DNA of 64,000 bases from an uncultured Candidatus Saccharibacteria bacterium (lineage in GTDB: Bacteria; Patescibacteriota; Saccharimonadia; Saccharimonadales; Saccharimonadaceae): assembly GCA_947166125.1 (NCBI GenBank), contig CAMVCW010000004.1:2949-66948 (forward strand), in the 5' to 3' direction. Below the pieces are notes generated by a model. The model saw only the letters and a program-made list of their open reading frames with translations. It was not told the origin of the DNA and ran no database searches. The position numbers and the translations under genes are program-made. Shown here piece by piece: positions 56,099 to 64,000 of this stretch. Within the stretch, counting starts at the first letter, position 1. Every line of letters begins with the position of its first letter.

Positions 56099-58084
56099 TT
56101 AGAAGTCTAGATCATCCAAATCTACGCTAGCGGCGCCGGCTTGGATAAAGTTTTTACGGAGGTCGACCTGGTCTCCCATTAGCTTAGTAAATACTGCATC
56201 GGCTTTTTCGGCATCATCAATATGAACTTGGACAAGGATGCGATTTTCTGGGTCCATGGTGGTTTCCCAGAGTTGTTTGGCGTCCATTTCGCCGAGACCT
56301 TTAAAGCGCTGTTGAGCGGTGTAGCCGGCCTGTTTGAAGCGTTCTTGCGATTCATCTATCTTGGTGCCGTTTTTGCGACGTTCTTCGATTTTTTCAGTAA
56401 GCTTGTTCTCTAGGGCAACTTCGTCGTAGAGGTAATCTATTTTACGAGTACTACCAGTACCCTTAATTAGGCCAAATAGAGGTGGCTTTGCCAAGTAGAC
56501 ATGGCCCGCCTCTATCACTTGTGGCATGTAGCGGAAGAAGAAAGTCATCAGAAGCGTAGCGATATGAAGACCATCTACATCGGCATCGGTCATAAAGATA
56601 ATCTTGTCATATCTGAGACCATCAATATTAAACTGATCACCAATACCCACACCTAGCCCCTTGATTAGGGATACTAATTCTTGATTAGCGAGCATTTTAT
56701 CTAGGCGAGCGCGTTCAGTATTTAATACTTTACCTCTTAGGGGTAGAATAGCCTGGATTTGAGGGTTGCGGCCTTCCTTAGCAGAACCGGCAGCGGAGTT
56801 GCCCTCTACGATGAAGAGTTCACAATCTTCCCTGTTTCTAGAGGAGCAATCAGCAAGCTTGGACGGGAGATTCAGGCCTTCGAAGGCGCCTTTACGAATA
56901 ACATTATCTCTAGCAGCGCGGGCGGCCTTGCGGGCACGGGCAGCTAGAGTGGCTTTGTTGACGATTTTCTTAGCGATGGCGGGGTTTTCTTCTAGGTAAT
57001 AGCCGAAATATTCAGTCATTACCTTATCTACATAACCGCGGACCTCTGGATTGCCTAGCTTATTTTTAGTCTGGCCTTCAAATTGAGGATCAGGGAGCTT
57101 GACCAAGATAACAGCAGTGAGACCTTCCTTAATATCGTCACCCGTTAGGTTATCTTCTTTTTCTTTGAGTAGGCCGTTTTTGCGGGCGTAATCATTGACA
57201 GTACGAGTGAGACCAGTGCGGAAACCTACCACGTGCATGCCGCCATCAGGGGTAAGAACGTTATTAGCAAAAGGTTTCATGGTTTCGGCGTAGCTATCGT
57301 TGTATTGTAAAGCGATTTCTACAGCAGAGTCACCGATTTGTTTATCTACATAGAAGATATCATCAGAGAGGACCTCTTTGCCATTATTGAGACGCTTGAC
57401 ATAGCTTTTAATACCACCTTCGAAATAGAAGGACTCGTGCTCGCCAGTGCGTTCATCCGCAACAGTGATAAGGATGCCCTTGGTAAGGTAAGCTTGGTGA
57501 CGAGCGTAATTAGAAACCCACTTGTAGTCAAAAGTAGTGGTTTCTTTAAAGATCGAAGGGTCAGGATAGAAAGTAATAGAGGTGCCAGATTCGCGCGGGG
57601 TGCCCTTGGTAATCTGTAGCTCCATAGTTGGCTTGCCGACGTCAAATTCAATATGGTGAGACTTACCATCGCGATAGACTTCGGCCACCATGTGGGTAGA
57701 AAGGGCGTTTACCACCGAAGAGCCTACACCGTGGAGGCCAGATGAGACTTTATATCCGCCATCACCGAATTTACCACCGGCATGAAGCACGGTAAGTACT
57801 GTTTCTAGTGTGGATTTTTTAGTTTTAGGGTGGATATCTACCGGAATACCACGGCCGTTATCATCTATACGAACGCCGCCATCTTTTAGTATAGTGATGT
57901 CGATTTTATTTGCGTAGCCTGCAATGGCTTCGTCTATAGAGTTATCGGCGATTTCCTTGATAAGGTGATGTAAACCATCATAACCGGTGGAGCCGATATA
58001 CATACCAGGACGTAACCGAACTGGCTCTAGACCTTCTAGTACCCGAATTTCTGACGAGTCGTAATCTCCCGCTTTGTCAGCCAT
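56099..58084 (-). CDS. gyrB: DNA gyrase subunit B
   Basis: EIADNSIDE, GLHGVGSS, VEGNSAAG, TDADVDG, RFKGLGEM. Confidence 0.97.
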   Translation of the reverse strand: MADKAGDYDSSEIRVLEGLEPVRLRPGMYIGSTGYDGLHHLIKEIADNSIDEAIAGYANKIDITILKDGGVRIDDNGRGIPVDIHPKTKKSTLETVLTVLHAGGKFGDGGYKVSSGLHGVGSSVVNALSTHMVAEVYRDGKSHHIEFDVGKPTMELQITKGTPRESGTSITFYPDPSIFKETTTFDYKWVSNYARHQAYLTKGILITVADERTGEHESFYFEGGIKSYVKRLNNGKEVLSDDIFYVDKQIGDSAVEIALQYNDSYAETMKPFANNVLTPDGGMHVVGFRTGLTRTVNDYARKNGLLKEKEDNLTGDDIKEGLTAVILVKLPDPQFEGQTKNKLGNPEVRGYVDKVMTEYFGYYLEENPAIAKKIVNKATLAARARKAARAARDNVIRKGAFEGLNLPSKLADCSSRNREDCELFIVEGNSAAGSAKEGRNPQIQAILPLRGKVLNTERARLDKMLANQELVSLIKGLGVGIGDQFNIDGLRYDKIIFMTDADVDGLHIATLLMTFFFRYMPQVIEAGHVYLAKPPLFGLIKGTGSTRKIDYLYDEVALENKLTEKIEERRKNGTKIDESQERFKQAGYTAQQRFKGLGEMDAKQLWETTMDPENRILVQVHIDDAEKADAVFTKLMGDQVDLRKNFIQAGAASVDLDDLDF

Positions 58085-58267
58085 TTTTGTTATACCTCTT
58101 CTTAATATACCTCTATATTGTACATTATAAGGAGAAAAAATTCAAGTATTCTCTTGGCGGGTCCTGACCTCGCAGTTTCCCCCACTGTGCTCGGCTGCCG
58201 CCTGCGCGCAGCGGGGGTCCCCCCAGCGAGGCCACCCGCCAGGATGTATGCTATAATCAATGCTAAG

Positions 58268-59407
58268 ATGACATATCTAGACTATGCAGCAACTAGCCCA
58301 TTGCTTCCAGAGGTAAGAGAGGCAATGCGCCAGGCGGAAGAGCGGTTTTTTGCCAATGCGTCAGCCCTACATACCCCTGGACATTTAGCGATGAATGAAA
58401 TAGAGCGCACGCGCGAATTGCTAGCAAAGATGATTGGCGCGGAGCCAGATGAGATTATTTTTACCTCTGGGGCATCAGAGAGCAATAACGCTGTAATTCG
58501 GACTTTTGAAGGACATCAGATTGAGACTTCACCTCTGGAGCATCATTCTATAATAGAGGCAGCACGAGAGTATAAGGGCGATAAGCTGCCAAAATTATAC
58601 TCTTATATGCTGGCAAACAATGAAACTGGGGAGATTTTAGACTTAGCAGAAGTGGTTAGGCGAGCTGCAAAAGATGAATTGGTGGACTGCCCAGAGATGT
58701 TTGACAAGAAAAATGACTGGGACAAACCATTGGTAACTGTAAAGAAAGGCGGGTACGTTCACTCTGATTTAACGCAGACACTAGGCAAAATACCTATAGA
58801 TATAAAGAAATTAGGGGTGGATTATGCGACATTTAGTGCACATAAGATAGGTGGGTCGGTAGGGGTGGGGGCTTTATATGTGCGAAGGGGGGTGCCATTT
58901 AAGCCTCTTATTATTGGAGGCAATCAAGAAAACAAGAGACGTGGTGGCACCTATAACACCGTAGGGATTATAGGGTTTGGTGCGGCACTAGAATATGCTT
59001 TGCGAGAGAAAACTTGGGAAAAGTATGATCATTATGTGCGGGAGCTAAGAGATGAATTAGCTAAGAGGATTTTGACGGAAATACCGGGGAGCTCACTAAA
59101 TACTGACCTTGCCCATGGTGCTTCCCTGCCGAATATTTTAAATGTATCCTTTCGGGCGGCAGAAGGAGAATCTATTCAACTATATCTAGACGCCGAAGGT
59201 ATAGTGGTATCTACCGGTTCGGCCTGTGCGGCGGGAGACACTAAGCCGTCGCATGTACTAATGGCAAAAACTGGTGACGCCGAGGTGGCACATTCATCTA
59301 TAAGATTCTCTTTTGGGCTAGAAAATACGAAAGAGGATATCGATAAGGTGTTGGAAGTATTACCAGGGATTATTAATAGATTGCAGCAGATTAGCACCAT
59401 ATCCTAG
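58268..59407 (+). CDS. iscS: Cysteine desulfurase (IscS/NifS type)
   Basis: YLDYAATS, FSAHKIGG (PLP Lys), STGSAC (catalytic Cys). Confidence 0.9.
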   Translation: MTYLDYAATSPLLPEVREAMRQAEERFFANASALHTPGHLAMNEIERTRELLAKMIGAEPDEIIFTSGASESNNAVIRTFEGHQIETSPLEHHSIIEAAREYKGDKLPKLYSYMLANNETGEILDLAEVVRRAAKDELVDCPEMFDKKNDWDKPLVTVKKGGYVHSDLTQTLGKIPIDIKKLGVDYATFSAHKIGGSVGVGALYVRRGVPFKPLIIGGNQENKRRGGTYNTVGIIGFGAALEYALREKTWEKYDHYVRELRDELAKRILTEIPGSSLNTDLAHGASLPNILNVSFRAAEGESIQLYLDAEGIVVSTGSACAAGDTKPSHVLMAKTGDAEVAHSSIRFSFGLENTKEDIDKVLEVLPGIINRLQQISTIS

Positions 59408-59561
59408 AGATATTGCATAATTCATCATATCTCGGGAGCTTCGCAATGTGATAATCTTAGATTTTATCACATTGCTCCGCCGTACGGGGCCAAGAATCTG
59501 CCTTTGGCAGATTTTGCCTTTATGTCCCTTGATATTGATGAATTATGTACTTATAATGCTC

Positions 59562-59960
59562 TTATTTTCTATAATTCTCTATCGCATCCCTTAAGGCATC
59601 GTGACCCAAGATAGAACAATGGAATTTGTGCTTGGGAAGTTTGCCGAGATAGTTATCGATATCTTCGGCGGAGATTTTGAGAGCTTCGTCCAGGGTTTTA
59701 CCTTTGGCGAGCTCGGAAAGAGCAGAGGTCGAGGCTATAGCCGAAGCGCAGCCGTAAGTTTTCCAGCGGATGTCTATGATTTTATCAGTTTTTTTGTCTA
59801 CTTTAATAAACATTTTCATCTGATCGCCACAGATAGGGTTGCCTACTAGGCCGGTCGCATCGCACTCAAACTTACTTTCGTCGCCCATCAAGAAGTTGCG
59901 AGGGTTCAAAAAGTGGTCTTTCACAATATCAGTATAGATCCAATCTTGGCCCTCGTTCAT
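59562..59960 (-). CDS. iscU: IscU/NifU-N scaffold protein
   Basis: GNPICGD, GCASAIAS, KFHC motifs. Confidence 0.9.
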   Translation of the reverse strand: MNEGQDWIYTDIVKDHFLNPRNFLMGDESKFECDATGLVGNPICGDQMKMFIKVDKKTDKIIDIRWKTYGCASAIASTSALSELAKGKTLDEALKISAEDIDNYLGKLPKHKFHCSILGHDALRDAIENYRK

Positions 59961-59982
59961 AATATGATTATATCACAGCAAG

Positions 59983-60092
59983 TCAGATATCTGCCTTTTC
60001 GGACTCGCTCGCTTCGGCCCATCGTTATGGGCGAAGCTTCGCTCATTCCGCTCCTCGTTAGTCGCGTACGGTCCTTAAAGGCAGATATCTGA
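59983..60092. repeat. Palindromic repeat element
   Basis: Perfect 16-bp terminal inverted repeat tcagatatctgccttt/aaaggcagatatctga; core nearly identical to 19322-19436. Confidence 0.85.
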
Positions 60093-60100
60093 TTGTTAAT

Positions 60101-62914
60101 TTAGCGGATTTTGAACACAGCTTCATCTGGCTGAACCTCTGGAGCTGATGTTGATGATAACGCGGGTGTAGAGTCTGGGGTAGAAGTAGAAGTAGGCTCA
60201 ATAGAGGTTGGTTCTGGGGTTGCAACTGGGGCTAGGCTTTGAGCCTGTTCTGGTGTGATGGGGGTGGATTCCTGGGTGGTAGGTGACGAAATTGGAGTAG
60301 TTTTAGCTTTTTTATCCATCCAGTCATCCAAAAAGCCTTTTTTAGGCGTTTCTGAGACCTTTGGAGCAGTTTTAGGTGCAGAAATGGTATTTTTATCGTC
60401 TTCAATCGGAACGACGTCTACGGAGCTTTTAGACGGCTCTAGCGGCATTTCTGGATTAGTGGCTTTTTTCGCTTTTTCTGCAGCACTCCAGCGATCCTGA
60501 ATTTCTTTCTCCACCTCGGCACGGGTACGGCCGAATTTAGTCGCAGAATAAGCCTTGAGGCTGTCCATCAATTCTTCGTTCGGTTCACCCATAGGCGCAG
60601 GGAGTTTCATGGTGAATGGAGCAGATGGCATATCGAACATCATTACCTTGGCCACAGCGGAGAAATTAGGAGTTTTGGTTAAATCTTCGGCGGTAAAGGT
60701 AGGAGTAAATGCTTTGACCATCAAATCTGCATCTGTCACGCCGATACGACCACAGATAATAGTGCCGACGTTACCAAGGAGTGCTTCCCTAATCTTTTCT
60801 GTGAGCTGAGTCATAAACTGATTAGCCACGATAAGATTGAGGCGGTACTTTCTAGCCTCGGATAAAATAGACTCAAAGCTATCTGTGGCGAAATTCTGGA
60901 ACTCATCCACGTAGAGGCAGAAGTCTTGACGCTGATCTTCGGGAATATCCTGGCGACTCATGGCGGCTTGTTGGAATTTCATTACAAAGATCATACCTAG
61001 AAGATTAGCATTAATATCACCGAGGCGCCCCTTAGAAAGGTTGACAAGGAAAATCTTTTTATTATCCATAATCTCGCGAATATTAAAGCCGGATTTAACC
61101 TGCCCTAAGGTATTTCTCATGATGGTATTAGAGATAAACGGCCCCCATTTACTAGAGAACCAAGTGATGACCTCGCCGGCGTCATTAGATTTCTGGGAAG
61201 CTGGGAATTCTTTAGTCCAGTAATCATAGACGGCCTTATCTGTGACGTACTTGAGCTTAGATTTAACGAATTCCGGATCCGTAAAACACTGCGGAATATC
61301 TATGAAGGTAGCGCCTGCCGGATCACTCATTAAGAGCAGCGCAGCGTTGCGGAACATGTGCTGGCCACGGGGACCAAAGAAACCTTGGTTATTGGGGTCA
61401 AAGAGAGACTGCAGCATGCTAATTCCCTCTTGGACGATAAAATCTTTTTGATCTTGGGTGGTGTATTCAAACATATTCATGCCAACTGGATGTTCAATAT
61501 CGGCGGGGTCAAAATAGATTACATCATCTATGCGTTCCTCTGGTACGCGCTGAAGCAATGCTTCCACGGCATCGCCATGCGGATCAATAAAGGCAAAGCC
61601 GTGACCATCACACATGTCTTGAAAAGCTAGATTTTCCAAGAAAACAGATTTACCCATACCGGTTTGCCCAATTACGTACATGTGGCGACGGCGGTCTTTC
61701 TCTTGGAGATAGATGGCTTTATCGGTGCCACGGAATTGGTTAGTGCCCAGGAATAGTCCCTCGGTGGCCAATCTGGCCGGGCCATCTACTTGTTTGGTAA
61801 GCTGACGTTCTACCTGGGAATTAGGTATGGCGTTTTGTTCTGGTAGATGAAAAATAGAAGCAAGTTCTACACTGTTTAGGATGGTAGAGTGATTTTTGAG
61901 CGGGAAAAATCTAAAGGTGTAGTCAATAGCCAGTTTTTTAGCGTCTTTAAAAGTATTGACTTTGAAACCGTTGAGCTCTGGAGAGTTAAACTGAGAAAAT
62001 GCCGAAACTATGCCCCCTACAATCGCTTCTGAGCGGGGTTTATTTTCAGAGCTGGCTATAATGCGGACAAGAGTTTCAAAGGCCGGAAAACGCATTTTAT
62101 TAGTGATAGCGGTGATTTCGTCTTGCTTAATGTTCGTAATTGTCTCGTGCTCAGACTTTTCGTGTTCTCCTGGGACTTCCCATGGGGCACGGATAAGATC
62201 CATTGCAAAATCGCCAAAACCAGTGCCAATGGTTTTACTAGTTTTGCCTTTTTGCATGTTTTCAATGTATTGTTTGCCGCGTTCCGACCAATTTTTTTGT
62301 GCAGGGCGGAACAAAATTTGAACAGCCGCACCTTCATTGTTGCCCACTCCAGAGAGGGCATTCAGGATCGCCATCTGGGCGTCGCGCTTGGAGTCTTCGT
62401 AGGTAGCAATAGGTAGATAGTATTCTTTATTAAGGGTAAGCTCGGCACCTGCTACGGCATCAACGCCCGTTCCGCCCTTAAAGATGTTCTCCTCACGCCG
62501 TTCTTCTAGACGCGCAGTAGGATAAGCAGACTGCACGGCTTGTTTTACCGTCTCTGTTAGTACGGCAGGCACGATAGCATAATATTTGATAAAGCCGTCT
62601 TTAGCTATAATTTCTAGAGAAAAGTGGCGCTGGCCGTAAAGCTTAGTTTTGAGTCCTTTGGTGATAGTGGAAGAAAGAATAGAGTACATTACTTGAGCCT
62701 TAGAGATGGCCTCGTTAGCGATATCGCGCTTATCGCGGCCACCAGCCTCAATGTCATCTGTGGTAGGAGGAAGATGGATGAGCAGTGGTACCATTTTAAG
62801 GCCGCGCTCATATTTTTTCGCCTTACGGAGTTTAGAGATATAAGTCCCGCCAAAAATCCCCGCAATAATACCTATTGCGGCCACGACAATTAGCGCTACC
62901 ACCCAAGGTTCCAT
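60101..62914 (-). CDS. VirB4/TraG-like ATPase with N-terminal membrane anchor
   Basis: Walker A GQTGMGKS, IDPHGD, LYVDEFQNFAT; Pro/Thr-rich tail. Confidence 0.8.
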   Translation of the reverse strand: MEPWVVALIVVAAIGIIAGIFGGTYISKLRKAKKYERGLKMVPLLIHLPPTTDDIEAGGRDKRDIANEAISKAQVMYSILSSTITKGLKTKLYGQRHFSLEIIAKDGFIKYYAIVPAVLTETVKQAVQSAYPTARLEERREENIFKGGTGVDAVAGAELTLNKEYYLPIATYEDSKRDAQMAILNALSGVGNNEGAAVQILFRPAQKNWSERGKQYIENMQKGKTSKTIGTGFGDFAMDLIRAPWEVPGEHEKSEHETITNIKQDEITAITNKMRFPAFETLVRIIASSENKPRSEAIVGGIVSAFSQFNSPELNGFKVNTFKDAKKLAIDYTFRFFPLKNHSTILNSVELASIFHLPEQNAIPNSQVERQLTKQVDGPARLATEGLFLGTNQFRGTDKAIYLQEKDRRRHMYVIGQTGMGKSVFLENLAFQDMCDGHGFAFIDPHGDAVEALLQRVPEERIDDVIYFDPADIEHPVGMNMFEYTTQDQKDFIVQEGISMLQSLFDPNNQGFFGPRGQHMFRNAALLLMSDPAGATFIDIPQCFTDPEFVKSKLKYVTDKAVYDYWTKEFPASQKSNDAGEVITWFSSKWGPFISNTIMRNTLGQVKSGFNIREIMDNKKIFLVNLSKGRLGDINANLLGMIFVMKFQQAAMSRQDIPEDQRQDFCLYVDEFQNFATDSFESILSEARKYRLNLIVANQFMTQLTEKIREALLGNVGTIICGRIGVTDADLMVKAFTPTFTAEDLTKTPNFSAVAKVMMFDMPSAPFTMKLPAPMGEPNEELMDSLKAYSATKFGRTRAEVEKEIQDRWSAAEKAKKATNPEMPLEPSKSSVDVVPIEDDKNTISAPKTAPKVSETPKKGFLDDWMDKKAKTTPISSPTTQESTPITPEQAQSLAPVATPEPTSIEPTSTSTPDSTPALSSTSAPEVQPDEAVFKIR

Positions 62915-62972
62915 TACCTAGCTCTCCTCTTTGGAAAATTGTTGTAAAAATTACAGAAACAGGGGTTATTAC

Positions 62973-63464
62973 TCATGCGGCCAACTTTCTATTGTATGAA
63001 TTATTAAGATTTGTTTCCATAGCGTCACGCGCCGTCTCATAAAAATCCGCCACATTGCCAGTATGATTTAGCTTGGATATAGCTTTATCTATTTCTTTAA
63101 CACCGGCGGATTCTAGGCGTCCTTCGGTGTTTAGGGCCGACTTATCCAAACTTGCTTCAATGATATCTGTCTTGAGAGGTGGTTGAGTTTGCGTTTCCTC
63201 GGCTACCATTGGTGGCATAGTGGGTTCTATAACACCTAGACGTTCTTTTGCTTCTGTCACAGAGTCTGGGGAGTTTGGGAAATTGATAATTTTGTTGCCA
63301 ATAGCTTGCGGATTTCTCTGCCATGATTCATTAGATTGTAGCCCCCCTTCAGCGTCCAACTTCGCTTGTTCTGGATTTGCCCCAACGCCCTCCGTTAGAC
63401 CACTTGCAAAAAGTGCGTCGCTAGACGGAATATCATTATTTTGCGAGTGCTGACCATAATTCAT
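62973..63464 (-). CDS. Hypothetical protein
   Basis: 163-aa ORF; -10 box 6 nt before the ATG. Confidence 0.7.
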   Translation of the reverse strand: MNYGQHSQNNDIPSSDALFASGLTEGVGANPEQAKLDAEGGLQSNESWQRNPQAIGNKIINFPNSPDSVTEAKERLGVIEPTMPPMVAEETQTQPPLKTDIIEASLDKSALNTEGRLESAGVKEIDKAISKLNHTGNVADFYETARDAMETNLNNSYNRKLAA

Positions 63465-63481
63465 ATGCTTATTTTATCATA

Positions 63482-63835
63482 TTAAACGCGTTTTGCGACG
63501 AGAAATTCAGCCAAAAATATAAAGAGACAAATGAGACCCGAAGTCCAGAGGTTGATGGCGCCAAAAGAGCGCGCCATTAAAAACATGATCGGACCGAAAG
63601 CGAGTATGGCAGAATAGAGATAATCTTTGTTTTTGAATTCTGTTTTCTTGAAGGCCAAACGCATAAAACTCTGCGTGAGCAGAGTAACTATACCAAATGA
63701 TACTACGTAAACTGTTGTAAAAAATAATAAAACACCTAAAGGCCCAATATCCGTTGGCGAAGTAAAAATTAGCATAAAGATTAAGGCTGCGAGTCCAATT
63801 ATGCTAATGATGGCTATAACATGGTTATGCTTCAT
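63482..63835 (-). CDS. Small 4-TM membrane protein
   Basis: Four hydrophobic segments; -10 box 7 nt before the ATG. Confidence 0.75.
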   Translation of the reverse strand: MKHNHVIAIISIIGLAALIFMLIFTSPTDIGPLGVLLFFTTVYVVSFGIVTLLTQSFMRLAFKKTEFKNKDYLYSAILAFGPIMFLMARSFGAINLWTSGLICLFIFLAEFLVAKRV

Positions 63836-64000
63836 ATCATGTATTATAGCACAATGCTGGTAAGCCCCCAAGAATTTTGTTAGTGGGAGAGGCGGAGGGA
63901 TTATCCGGTGCTAAAATCACAACTATTGACCGCAATCCCTAATCCGCTTCCCTATTGACCGCTTCACGCTAGGTGAAGCATTGTCCTTATTAGCGTTTCC

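Noticed and set aside
58118-58267. N-terminal extension of IscS in the ORF track
   Set aside because: It is read through a palindrome upstream of the -10 box; the conserved MTYLDYAA start is at 58268.

Overview
64-kb window from a Patescibacteria (CPR) genome, most likely Saccharimonadia/TM7. The assignment rests on a 16S gene with a very short helix 44 and a GGATTACCTCC 3' end, plus DUF5663-like proteins and two VirB4/coupling-like ATPases. Core genes: dcw cluster (rsmH-ftsL-ftsI-mraY-ftsW-murG-ftsQ), recJ, priA, def-fmt, infB, rpsA, gyrBA, iscS/iscU-type genes, tRNA-Asn/Ala/Ile and a stand-alone 16S rRNA gene. Accessory content: (i) a 5,708-bp integrase-less inovirus-like prophage (1747-7469) bounded by a dif-like direct repeat that cuts through the end of its rep gene; (ii) four dispersed surface-protein genes (three FISUMP-like, one DUF6273-like). 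Each of the four is preceded by an unannotated ~200-nt leader whose stems share no sequence between copies yet keep the same pairing, and which carries three conserved mutually complementary boxes. This is the strongest candidate for an undescribed system; (iii) two copies of a type I toxin-antitoxin-like locus (23-24 aa peptide plus convergent antisense sRNA); (iv) a ~100-bp palindromic repeat family, one copy inside the ftsQ reading frame; (v) several other unannotated small ORFs and RNAs. All protein family calls are motif recognition by eye; no database search or folding computation was run.
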